DNA of 52,745 nucleotides, the filler included, from Sphacelaria rigidula (lineage: Eukaryota), in NCBI GenBank assembly GCA_964200075.2. It is 3 parts of 3 records of this genome, joined end to end, with 100 filler letters (N's around TTAATTAATTAA, not from the genome) between each part and the next. Parts side by side here need not be neighbours in the genome. Positions count along the whole stretch, not along the records: positions 17,621 to 35,138 come from CAXNAA020001061.1; positions 35,239 to 52,745 come from CAXNAA020001062.1; 1 more part is not named here. One strand, given 5' to 3'. Below the pieces are notes generated by a model that searched no databases, had not been told where the DNA came from, and worked only from the letters and a program-made list of their open reading frames with translations. Each line of letters opens with the position of its first letter. The first letter of the stretch is position 1. Position numbers and translations under genes: made by a program. This document shows positions 25,301-35,471 of the stretch, in pieces.

Positions 25301-28300
25301 GTGATGCAAGACGTCATGCCCTCTAACGGGATGGCAGTGCAGCCAGGTGCAGCACTGCTTGTTCGCTGTGGACTACGAATCGCTCACGCCGTCTTTTTCC
25401 AACCGAGGCTGGCAAGAGTGAGGAGCTGTACGCAAGGCACCGTCTTGTACACATCGATCATTTCAATGTCACACAACACAATCAAGCGAATGCTAATGGC
25501 ATGGCAGCGGCAGGGAGGCCCTCTATTTGCGATGCCAAGCGTTGGTACTTCGTGACCGGTCCATTATGATGATCACGGCAGTTGCGATGGGTGCCCCACT
25601 TTGCTTGTTAAGGCATGTAAACTGTGAACCGGATGTGACAGTGGTGAGGGTGGTGATAATTCATTTTGGTTTCGTACTGAAGGCTGAACAACCACATCGT
25701 ATTTCAGTGTAGAGTGCTTCAAACAAGGCTCTGATGCTGAAAAGTTGATGCTGAAGTTTTTTCAGCGTGGAATTTATACCGTTACCGGCTTTCCCCCCTC
25801 TTCCGTTCTGCTCCTCGGTGTTGTTCCGTTTCCATAATAAGTGAGCATGTTCATCGGAGACGTGGCAGGACTTGTACGCTCCAGTCGATCAAGGGTAGCT
25901 TCAATTATCTTGTGCTCAGAGGGGAGGTCATCGTGGGAAGAGGGGAGGTCACTGTCAGCACGGGCAGCTGGCTACACGGGCGATACCCCGTGGTGGGGGA
26001 AACCGCATCACGCCCGAGATCCGTCACGGCACACATCGCAAGCGATTGTGGCTGAAAAGAGGTCCATATCCAGGAGTACAGGGCGAAGTTGGTGCAGGGT
26101 TCTCTACATGCCGGCCCCACCCCGTGCGCACTGTGTGTGTGTTGTCATCCCATCTATTCCGGACGCCGGTCTACACTTTTCGGTATATGTGGGCGAACCA
26201 GCCGGGGTCACACTGGAGGAAGGTCAACACAGGAGCTTCTTCTTCTTCTTTTTTTTGTATTTGTTTTCAGGACCCCACATTGTGCGGTGCTTGCATCTAT
26301 TTTTTATCGCGAGAGGGGACCAGCAATCCCTTTTCCTCGTCAACCGTTGGGTCGAATTTTGCGTACCCACGACATCATCACTCTCCACTGTTGGGCATGG
26401 TGTGAGAAAAAATCCCAGATCGCTCCGAGAATTGAACCCACGACCCAACCGTCAGAAGGTTTCGAGGTTACCAACTGGGTAACCGGGGCGACCGGCACTG
26501 GTCTTGAAGAATGTATTACATACATAAAATATACTGCCTGCTGTATATGTGAGACTGCGTACCAACGGCAGCAGCGACGCCTTGGACCGTACTACCTGCT
26601 CACTGCACAGTGGCAGGGTGCAGGGTGACATAGCACACAGCAGCACGTCACACCCTTAGCCTATCTCTGTGATGTATTGATCCTCCGTTGTCTCATGCAG
26701 CTCGCTACAACGTGAACGCAAACGCTTGTGCTGCGACCTATATGTGGGTGGGATACCACCCCTCGCTACGCAACAATTTGTAAAGCTGTCCGTGTTGCAG
26801 CTAAGCGTGCGTTTGTCCTAGGTGGCGCGCGCAGGAGTAAAAGGTCGTCTCCGCCGCTATAATGGCTGCCTGTATCTTGGGCGGAGCTGTACGGTGACAC
26901 AGCCGCTTTGGCGCGAAAGCCAGCCGTAACACTTCAAACCGTGGAGATTCCTACACTCTCAAAGTGTACTGCATGCAGTACCGACTATTGCGCAAATAAC
27001 AGTAGGAAATATATTCGATCCTGTGCGCAGTACACTTTCTGATACTGCATACAACATCATTGTCCAGATACTGTTGCGCGGTGAGATCGTGAAATAATCC
27101 GCAATATTTGGGTGGAGTGGAAGAGGCGCAGTCGCCATGATTCACGTGCAAACTTCTCCCCACTTTACTCTACAGTAAGCTGATACCGCTAGAAAAATAC
27201 CACTATAATCACGTTGCTGGTTGCTAGACTGTCAGCACGCTCCATTCGAAAGTTGTGGTACTGTCTGTGAGGGAACGTTGCCCCCGTGTCAAGTACGCCG
27301 GTAAGGATCCGTGGCCGAACTCACTGATCGCGCGAGGGGAGCTTACCCTTGACCTGTTGAGCGATATGAAGTGGGAACGTTCAGCTCCAAACCCTTAGGT
27401 ATACAACGGAGCCTAAACGGCGCTTCTTCGCTGGGTTTTCTTCGAGCATTCATCCATAGCTGGGAGAAGATTCATGATGAGGTCGGCAGGATCCATTGCG
27501 GCTCGCGTGCCCGACTGATACCGACTCAGTATAGTCGTCATCAGACTGGAAGTGTTGAAAAAAAACACTGCCGCTGCTGATATCCACCGTTTCAATGCAA
27601 ACCGGACCCTCAGCGCCTTGCGTAGCTACAGTCGTAACCGTGACACCTTGCTGTAGTACCAGTTACACATCCTCCAAATTTCGGCGTCATCACAAGCGAG
27701 GTGCGGATGATATTGCCGCCTAACCTTCAAACACCGCCTCCTTATTATGGAAAAGGAACAACACTGTCCTGGAATACAAAAAAAAACATTTCCCGTAATT
27801 CTCTCAAAAGGTAAATATACAAAAAAGGGTATACCCTGGTGCTTTTGGAACAAAAGAGGGTAGCGTATTCTTCGGTTTGGGGCGCTGCGATGCACGCGGG
27901 CTGAACACCTCGCAAACAGGTTCCAGCGGCTCAGCCCCGCGCCCGAGGTTGCTGGGCAGCATGCCCGAACATTCTTTTTTATCTTTACACGTGGTACGTG
28001 GCTTAACTACGGCGCGGAAAAGGACAGCCTATGAGAGTACCCTTCTTTGTAATCAAACCAGGAGAGGACACCCTGTTCTTTGCTAAAAAAATATCTCTCA
28101 CCCGTTTTGTTGACGTGTGGACTTTTTGATGCTCGATTGCAAACCCTTCTCGACATTTTTTGTGAAGTGGTGACCGTGACGCCGGTCCACAGGAGGGGAC
28201 ACGCCGAGCAGTCCCAACTGTACTCATTTTTTTTTGCGAATTGCACCCTGCCAAAAAGGTCGAAACCCAACGACCGAGAAAACTGTAGCCCCCTGCTGGT

Positions 28301-29354
28301 TGGCCCCCAGGCCCGTAAGATTCAACGATGCATCCACGACGCGACCGCTTGTGTGCCGTAGCTCACAAGAGCTCAAAGAAGATGTATGAAAAATCTTGTC
28401 GACACACGCATGCTCGAAAGACATTACATAGGTTCGTTGCAACTTTGTGAGCTCCGGCACATGAGCATTCTCGTCCTGGATGCATCGTTGGATCTTTCAG
28501 GTCTGTGGGCCAACCAGCAGGGGGCTACACTATCTCGGTCATTGGGTTTCGGTCTTTTTGGTGGGGATAATTCGCAAAAAAATGGGTATGGTTGTGACTG
28601 TTCGGCATATCTTCTGCGTAGCCGGCGATACGGTCACCAGTTCACAAAAAAGGGCGATGCGTATGTATCTATTAGAAAAGAAAAGGGTGTGCCCTCCTGG
28701 CTTGATTACAAGGGAGGATACTCTCACAGGCTGTCCTCTTCCGCGTCGCAGTTGAGCCACGTACCACGTGTCAAGATAAAAATAAATGGTCGGGCATCCT
28801 GCCCAGAAACCTTGGGCGTTGGGCTGAGCCGCTGGAAAGTGCTTTCGACGTGTTCAGCTTGCGTGCAGCGTCGCGCCCAAGACTGAAAAATGCGTTACCC
28901 TCCTTTGTTCCAAAAGCACGAGCGTGTACCCTTTCTGGACATTGCCCCTCGGACAACGACAATTTTTTGCAGGTGAATTCAGTATCGCGCCTCGGTGTTT
29001 TTTCCAAGATATCGAATATCCTGCGTTTTGGGCTATAGTCTGAGCACTTCACTCCTGTGCGAGTATCATATCAGGCCGGACAAAAGCCCCTCGCGGAGTT
29101 GAGCAAAAACGTGAGTTCCGGGAGGATCGCGCAGGGGCCAAAATATAACAGCAATGAATAACCCTGGTGTTGTCCATCACCCCTCACCCAAAGCTGTACT
29201 GGGCTGTCTTCCCTGGTTGCTGCACTCGTCCAACTTCCAGCTGCTGCAGTACTCTTCTGAGGTAGGCTTGGAATACTCGCATAGTCGTATCGCCCGGATA
29301 GTGTGATAGTGCACTTATGACGACCAATCAGGCAGGCGTCTACTGTACACCCTG
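19771..29354 (-). CDS. Spliced gene, hypothetical protein (5'-partial), with a large Ala/Pro/Ser/Gly-rich disordered C-terminal part and a short terminal coiled-coil-like helix
   Basis: Exons in transcript order: 29354-29188, 27459-27347, 24741-24647, 22361-19771. Phases 0/2/1 chain correctly. The terminal exon extends ORF 19771-22131 in frame to the acceptor cttcatcag. The start exon was not identified. Confidence 0.6.
22540..23835 (+). mobile_element. 5'-truncated degenerate LINE, same family as 1321-3653, in an intron of gene 2 (antisense); C-rich 3' end
   Basis: ORF 22506-23012 (EELPIVDQYTYHGVEIS...WEGNAKMVKKL...ALRAELG) aligns with 2600-2960. Downstream remnants LRFRVGDLDLPERR and CPCG..ESRT.IV..C. 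Same 3' UTR (gaagggatgcgtggtcaatgg..aaacgac.aaggcaagcaacaaatgag). Confidence 0.85.
24647..24741 (-). CDS. Gene 2 internal exon (QWDQPAAPVECQIPPPKPRQLRSHQRHVGAK)
   Basis: tttcag|C CAA TGG ... AAA G|gtttac; phase compatible on both sides. Confidence 0.55.
25010..25245. repeat. Degenerate pentamer-based simple repeat (CAGCA/GTACA/GTGCA)
   Basis: cagcacagcagggcacagc...cagtacagtgcactgtagtgctgtgcagcatgcagtacag. Confidence 0.7.
26132..26496 (-). mobile_element. tRNA-derived SINE (~365 bp) with (AC)n tail
   Basis: Minus strand starts gccggtcgccccggttacccagttggtaacctcgaaaccttctgacggttgggtcgtgggttcaattc, with A-box-like, anticodon-arm-like (aacc-ttctgac-ggtt) and B-box GGTTCAATTC elements. Ends ...gggatgacaacacacaca. 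The 3' part recurs at 38107-38177. Confidence 0.7.
26590..26905. repeat. Dispersed repeat (~320 bp); inverted copy at 38178-38512
   Basis: tactacctgctcactgcacag...ggctgcctgtatcttgggcggagctg matches the reverse complement of 38178-38512. Confidence 0.8.
27347..27459 (-). CDS. Gene 2 internal exon (LWMNARRKPSEEAPFRLRCIPKGLELNVPTSYRSTGQG)
   Basis: tcttctcccag|CTA TGG ... CAA GG|gtaagc. Confidence 0.55.
27824..28934. repeat. ~1.1-kb imperfect fold-back palindrome (foldback element/MITE) in an intron of gene 2
   Basis: Arms pair along their whole length (aaagggta..gtgcttttggaacaaa / tttgttccaaaagcac..tacccttt; acacgtggtacgtggct / agccacgtaccacgtgt; cccctgctggttggccc / gggccaaccagcagggg). Centre ~28400-28415. 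Confidence 0.9.
29188..29354 (-). CDS. Gene 2 internal exon (GCTVDACLIGRHKCTITLSGRYDY...DSPVQLW)
   Basis: tttattcag|CAG NAGNAG acceptor; donor TGG|gtgagg; within ORF 29071-29574. Confidence 0.5.
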
Positions 29355-30787
29355 CTGAATAAAACAAACCCACTGTACTATCGTGCTTCAGTAACGCGCT
29401 TTGGCCTCTCTCCTCACTACGGTACAGAGACGGGCCGGCGGCTACGCTAGCTGCACTTCTGTACAGGAAAAAGCGCGCTCGAGGCTGCTTCGCAGTGTGC
29501 ATCGTATCATAATACAATGCAGACATGAAATTCTGACCACTCACCTTTGCTTCCCGCTCTCCCAGTTTTTGCACTCACCCTCCCACCGCGTTTTCCACGC
29601 TCGTTCGTCATGTCAACAACATCCGATCAACACAAGCAAACCACACGAGCACTTTCACCGTTTCAGGGGAAATTATCATGCAGAAATATTTTGTCATAAT
29701 TTAACCCTGATCACTTAAATGCCATTATTTGTTCCTCCATTTTCAGATTTTCGGTGCCTGGTGCACCCTGGTGAACTGAACAATCACGGAGATCTAGACT
29801 CGCTGCGCATGGCTCTTGCTGCTGCTGGATCAGGCTTTCTGGCCCTTTTACCACATTCATGGTGTATATGTGTGCCTTCTGCTCAGCGCAAGGCAGCTAT
29901 CACGTTACTAATATGTCTGTTTAAGGTTTGCATAATGTCGTCGACCAGCCTTTTCTCCGGGTCTGACATTCAGCCCCACAACCGCCCCTCCCTCTTTATT
30001 CGGCCCTCAATAGTTACATGACGTTCTGCCATATTATTGTTTCATTTATGGCATCGATACGTCCCGCACCACATTAATCCTCTTGGAGGGTACAGCAAGT
30101 AATCCTTCCGATGATGCACAATCCGCTGAGCACCCTATTCTGACGGAAGTCGATCCTGAGAATCGCAGAAATTGGCGTCATGGGGATGGATTATTTCCGT
30201 CGCAGAAGAAGCGGTCTCAGAACAGAGGAAGGGTATCTAGACCAAGCCCTGCTGTTTAACACTTAGTTCGTTGTCAAGATAAATGGATGCTGGAAATCAC
30301 ACGTTGGAGACCATTCACCACAACAATAATATGCAGTGTGAGTAGTAGTAGTAACAACCAGTTGTTTGTATCACACCACCGAAATCGTTTCGCCTATTTC
30401 ACGGGGTCCATTGTGGCAAAACATGTGTATGTACGCCGGCCGGTGTAGTCCGGCACTTCACCTTCTTTTTCAGTTTTTCTTCGCTGTTCGGTCAAGCAAA
30501 CAACTTTTCTTTTACTCTCCTCTCTTCCATTCGCGAGGCTGTTTTGCGGCCCAACACATAAGTGTGACGCCCTGCGCTGCGTCCCACGTGCTTTCGCATG
30601 TTTCCCTCAAGGTCATGATAGTGAAGTGACACGCCCACCATCAAATGTTGTTTGGTTTGCATGTGATCGTTATGATCATAGGTGAATTTTTTGCGCCTAA
30701 TTTCAGCTAGGGGATGCCGACCTAACTATCCAGTTTACACTCTTCGGTAGCCCCCCAGGCTGTACCTGCGGTGTACCGCATCATCAG

Positions 30788-31513
30788 GTGAAATTTTGTG
30801 GTTGTAGATGGTCAAGAGCAATCATGTACAGCAGAACGTACCTGCCGGTCAACGTAAACAACCGTCATCACAGTAGCACATTTGGCCTAGTAGCCGACCA
30901 AGTATGCAGTACTACAACCACACCCCGACGTTCGAGCTCCTCCAATAACAGTACCACCGCCGCCATCAGCTCCGTCAGCTCTGAGCCTAGCGACAACGGT
31001 AGCAACATCAATAATAAAGACGGGAACGACGGCGAGGATGACAGCAGCAAGAAGAAAGAAGGCGAGAGCAACACTGGGGGGAAACAGAACGAGGCAGTGG
31101 TGGCTGTGATGTCGGCTGCTGTGTCGGCTCCGGCGCCGCCTGCTGTGCCGCCTGCTGTGCCGCCTGCTGTGCCGCCTGCTGCGCTGCCTGCTGTGCCGCC
31201 TTCGGTGCCGCCTGCTGTGCCGCCTGCTATGCCGCCTGCTATGCCGCCTTCGGTGCAGCCTGCTGTGCTACCTCCTGTTTCGCCTGCTGTGCCGCCTGCG
31301 ATGCCGCCTGGAGTCCCACCAGCCGTGCCGCCTGGAGTCCCACCAGCCGTGCCGCCTACTGTGTCGCCTGCTGTGCCACCTGTTGTGCCGAAAGCGAAGC
31401 CGTTGAGTAAGCTGGATGTGCTTGAGAGCGATATCAGGAAGGTGGAGCATGAGCAGGAGCAGGTCCAGGAGGCGATGGAAAAGAGAGTGGCGCACCACGG
31501 CATGAGAGATCAC
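30788..31513 (+). CDS. Orphan exon: S/N/D-rich segment, (PPAV)n repeat, then charged helix; 5' boundary uncertain
   Basis: ORF 30788-31528 with coding-like composition; strong donor CAC|gtgagt at 31514; flanking exons not identified. Confidence 0.55.
31135..31390 (+). repeat. Coding minisatellite, 12-bp unit (ccgcctgctgtg = PPAV), ~21 copies
   Basis: Directly visible; variants keep the frame (PPAM, PPSV, PPGV). Confidence 0.9.
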
Positions 31514-32739
31514 GTGAGTAATTCATGATTGTATCGACTGACTGCGGTACGAGTATTTCAATTCTAGATCGAGTGACGGTATGTGAAATCCCTTCTAGTC
31601 GCGATCTTCTTCTCGAAAACAGTTGCCACTGTGCCGAAGAGAGTTGCGCCATCCCTTGATCACAGGGGTCCTTCGGGGGTGAGGGATCTTTCTCGAGAAA
31701 ACAACCGAGGTTGAAAATCCCTGCTCGGGGGTGCTACATCCCGTGGCCTAGGCGTAGGAGCTAAGAACGAGTATTTATTTTGTACAACAGTATCGACATT
31801 TCAAAGGATTTGGCATCCTGGGCTCACTGGGGAAAGCCCACCTCAACTTGCAACGACTAGTAGCTCCTGGAAGGTGTCGCTATGGGGCCTCGTTGGTGTA
31901 TGTACTGTATTTGAGGTGTAAAGCACATGTGCTTCACATGGATCGAATCTCCAGCGCGCAACACGAAACAAACCGTAGGAATAAGGATAGGTGAGCTTGG
32001 GTGTGTCGTCGATTGAATGATTCTCGATCGTCATGATTCAACAGGTTGCCTGGCGGGTGTGGGGCGTGCGAGTTTACAGGGGTGACAAATCAATTTATTG
32101 ATTGATTGATCGTCGCACGTTCACAATAATGATTTGATCCCCGAGGGATCCATCCGTGGTCATAGCATGAACGTGGGGAAGGCAAACAACACGCAAACAC
32201 TTGCTGAAAGAAACTTGACGGAGGGAGCAGACTGTAAATGGTGAGAAAAGAAACATAAAAAGGATACAACAGTAGATGTCAAATAACAGTAAAATATGTT
32301 ACCATGGATGTGCAGTATGTGTGTGTATGTTGCACACACCCCTCGATGACGTGCTCGTGGCCAGTACAATAATAGTAGAGGACACACAACAGTACAGGAC
32401 TACAATGGTGCAACCCTTTTGGGCCCCACTGGGGGTAAGTACTGCATGAATATAGTGTTCGTGACATCATTTTCACACCTGTTTTCCGGTGTTCTCTCGT
32501 TTTTCCGTGTTGCTAAGCCAATCACAACAGCAGCAGGGGGTGGAACGATCAAGCGACCAACGACCAGAAACGGTTTTGTTCATAGCAATGCCTGCCCCTT
32601 ATTATAGCCACGTAATTAAATCGAGGCTATCAAGACACGGATGCGCTGTTCAGACGGCCGTGGGTCCTTCCGGAGTTAACATTGCTAAAATTTTGTCCAG
32701 AAAATTATGCAACTTTTTGTGCGAGCATTCATCATTTAA

Positions 32740-33133
32740 TAGAGCTCGGAAATGGTACCAGTTAGTTATAACTGGCCATTATCATTATACTGGTGATAAT
32801 GGTAATGGTTGTATGGAAAATTTGGATAATGGTTTCAAACCATTATTTACCGTTACCGACTTTATAAGCCGATACCGGTTACGTATGCTACATTCAGCCC
32901 TTGAAAATTGGCCCAAATCAAACGTATTTCTTAGCTCTCGTGAAGCCAAATCGTGTAAAAATGTGCCTCCCGCACGGTGGGACCCTCCGGGAGCGTCCGG
33001 CGGGGTCCCCTTTACCGGGGGGGCTCTTTGGCTCGCGGCTGCGCCGCTCGATGACCAAATCATTCTGTACCTTTAACTGGTTAATGAGTGCGCGACGCGT
33101 GTAAATGGTTAGACAAACCATTTGCGAGCTCTA
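32740..33133. mobile_element. hAT-like MITE (~394 bp) with 17-bp TIRs
   Basis: Left TAGAGCTCGGAAATGGT and right ACCATTTGCGAGCTCTA (1 mismatch); internal aatggt/accatt subterminal motifs; an 8-bp TSD is not recognisable. Confidence 0.7.
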
Positions 33134-33326
33134 CAGTACCTCACGTTCAAACACTAGCCGTAGACCTGCGTGTGGTGATGGATCTTAGAAGTCAGGAAGC
33201 TCATCACTAGGGGAGCGACATTCGGGTGGTGCGACGATGGGGGTGCACAAAATATTTTCCGAGATTCGAATTTTTAGGAACCCTCTATCATATTCAATAA
33301 AAATATCTACTCCGGAGTATTAAATA

Positions 33327-33888
33327 CTTCCTCTATCCGAAAATATAAGTCCGATTTGCACCTTATGTCAAATAAAACGCTTTAGACTACGAAAGAGCAG
33401 GTGCTGGGTTCGATTCCCTCCTTGAACACCGATTTTTTTCGAAAAAAACACTTTTGTTTGCATTTTGTTTTTCCTTCATGCTTTTTTTCGGGTTAAAGGT
33501 CCCAATTCTTCGCACCCTGCAGTTTTGCCCCCGGTCAACGGGATTTTTTTTTTCAAAGTGCACGCCTGCAGGTGGCTACATATAGCCAAGATCCCACGGA
33601 AAAAAAACGACTGAAAAAAATGTTTTCCTCGCCACGTAACTGAGGGAAAACGACACGGTCTTTTTCCTTACTGACCAGATCTTCGGCAAATCCGTCTGGG
33701 GCCGAAAAATGCCTGGGAGGGGATAAAAACGAACCATCCTCTGTTTTAGACCATTTTTTCAACAGTACCACCATTGGGAGCACGACAAAAAAAAATGAGG
33801 CAAACAAACTTATTGCAACGCTCTGAACGACAAACCGACCTTATATTCCGAGTTCCCGAATGGGACTTATATTTTCGGACATATGCAG
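33327..33888. mobile_element. Tc1/mariner (Stowaway-like) MITE with ~30-bp TIRs and TA TSD
   Basis: TA|cttcctctatccgaaaatataagtccgatt ... aatgggacttatattttcggacatatgcag|TA. Confidence 0.7.
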
Positions 33889-35138
33889 TATTTGAGAGCA
33901 CGCAACGATTAGCATTCCAATGGGCCAGGGATTTCCTTAATTAATTTAAAAAGTGGATTGTTCTTGCCCATACTCTCCTGTAGCTCTCGACTTCAGGAGC
34001 CCCGAAGGAAAAAGATCTGGACCCAAACGCGCAACCCTTACCGTAGCATGACTCGTTTAGGGGGGTGATATACAACGTCGCAAGGGTAGTTTGACGATGC
34101 GGCAAGAATGAATGCCGATATGGTGCCAAAATAACCGAAAATTGATCACCTCGTTATGCCAATCAGGGTGTGTGATGTGCAATTTACGAGTGATACGAAA
34201 GATCTATAGCATGTTCTACAATACACATTGTAGCCAATCGTGCTACTAGATTTGCTCTCATGATGAAATCTGGAATATTGCTTGATCAGCTCAATACAAC
34301 TGTCAAACTTTAAATATGATATTCGCTTAACATCGAGATTTTTCCGTAGATGATTGGTCACCTTCGCTCGAAAATTTGAGGGTTGATAGGCGTTGGGATC
34401 ATATGCAGATAGTGGTCAGGGCACGTTTCCCTTTTTTTGTTGTTGTCGAAATTATACGGAGTAGAACCCCGTTTATCGAGGGAGTGTTAATGACCGTGTA
34501 GGATCCTAAAACCCGTATTTTCGGCTTTAGCGCAGAGAATATGGAGATAATAGAGAAACTGAAGACAAAGAACTGTTCATCATCATGACTTGGGTCGGTT
34601 TAGTCACGGAGGAAAATAAAAAAGCGAGAACTGGGGCCGTACACTCATAGACCCCCCCCCCCCCCCCCCCCCCCCCCCCGCCGCCTTCGCCGCTGGCCAN
34701 NNNNNNNNNACCGAGTTGTGTGTGTGTTAGCCCCGGGAAAAAAAAAAAAAAGGGAGACTGGGGCCCCTCACCCATAGCCCCCCCCCCCCCCCCCCCGAAT
34801 GGTGAGCCCGTATTTCGTCCAAAATCGTTCGCAGAATATATTGTTTCTCGGGCTTCTACCGGATACTTATGTTTCTGGATTCACAAAGTGAGGCATCAAA
34901 CAGAAACCGTGATGAGTCGTGGTAACCGAAAAACCTTGAAAAAGCCGATTTCAATCGAAAATGGAAGTTTAAACTTTGACTATTATGTATGTGGTGTATA
35001 CACCGTGGTGTACAAATCTCGGGAAAAGCTGAAGCTGAGATACACAACGCGCTCGGGTCAGTACTGATCGTGCAAAATCACTGTTGGTATGCACCCATGA
35101 GGCAGTGTATAAGCCGTGGCTGTCTCTGGAAGTGGCGA

Positions 35139-35238
35139 NNNNNNNNNNNNNNNNNNNNNNNNNNNNNNNNNNNNNNNNNNNNTTAATTAATTAANNNNNN
35201 NNNNNNNNNNNNNNNNNNNNNNNNNNNNNNNNNNNNNN
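35139..35238. other. Assembly gap spacer (N44-TTAATTAATTAA-N44)
   Basis: Same artificial linker as 17521-17620. Confidence 0.95.
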
Positions 35239-35386
35239 ATGGGTTGATCCCTCGAGACCACGGACTCATCCCGAGGAAGGAGAGGGGTTCAACGTGGGTG
35301 GAAATATATATATATATATATATACACACCGATGATGATGCCCATTAACTTCATCTCCATTGCATATTATTCATTCTCGTGGACAG

Positions 35387-35471
35387 GTACATCCTGGGGT
35401 GGGAGGTGCGATCTGCTGAGGTCATTGCGTTCACCATCAGCAGCAAACATATCGACGATCAGGGCATGTTG
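35387..35471 (+). CDS. Fusion gene exon: DOMON N-terminal strands (YILGWEVRSAEVIAFTISSKHIDDQGML)
   Basis: ggacag|G TAC ... TTG|gtgagt; joins in phase to GVGFGG. Confidence 0.75.

Noticed and set aside
26420-26496. Possible tRNA gene
   Set aside because: No complete cloverleaf or acceptor stem. It continues into a body and (AC)n tail that recur elsewhere, so it is a SINE head.
30868-31503. Minus-strand (GGTA)n 211-aa ORF
   Set aside because: Reverse reading of the PPAV minisatellite; the + strand has the donor site and more protein-like flanks.
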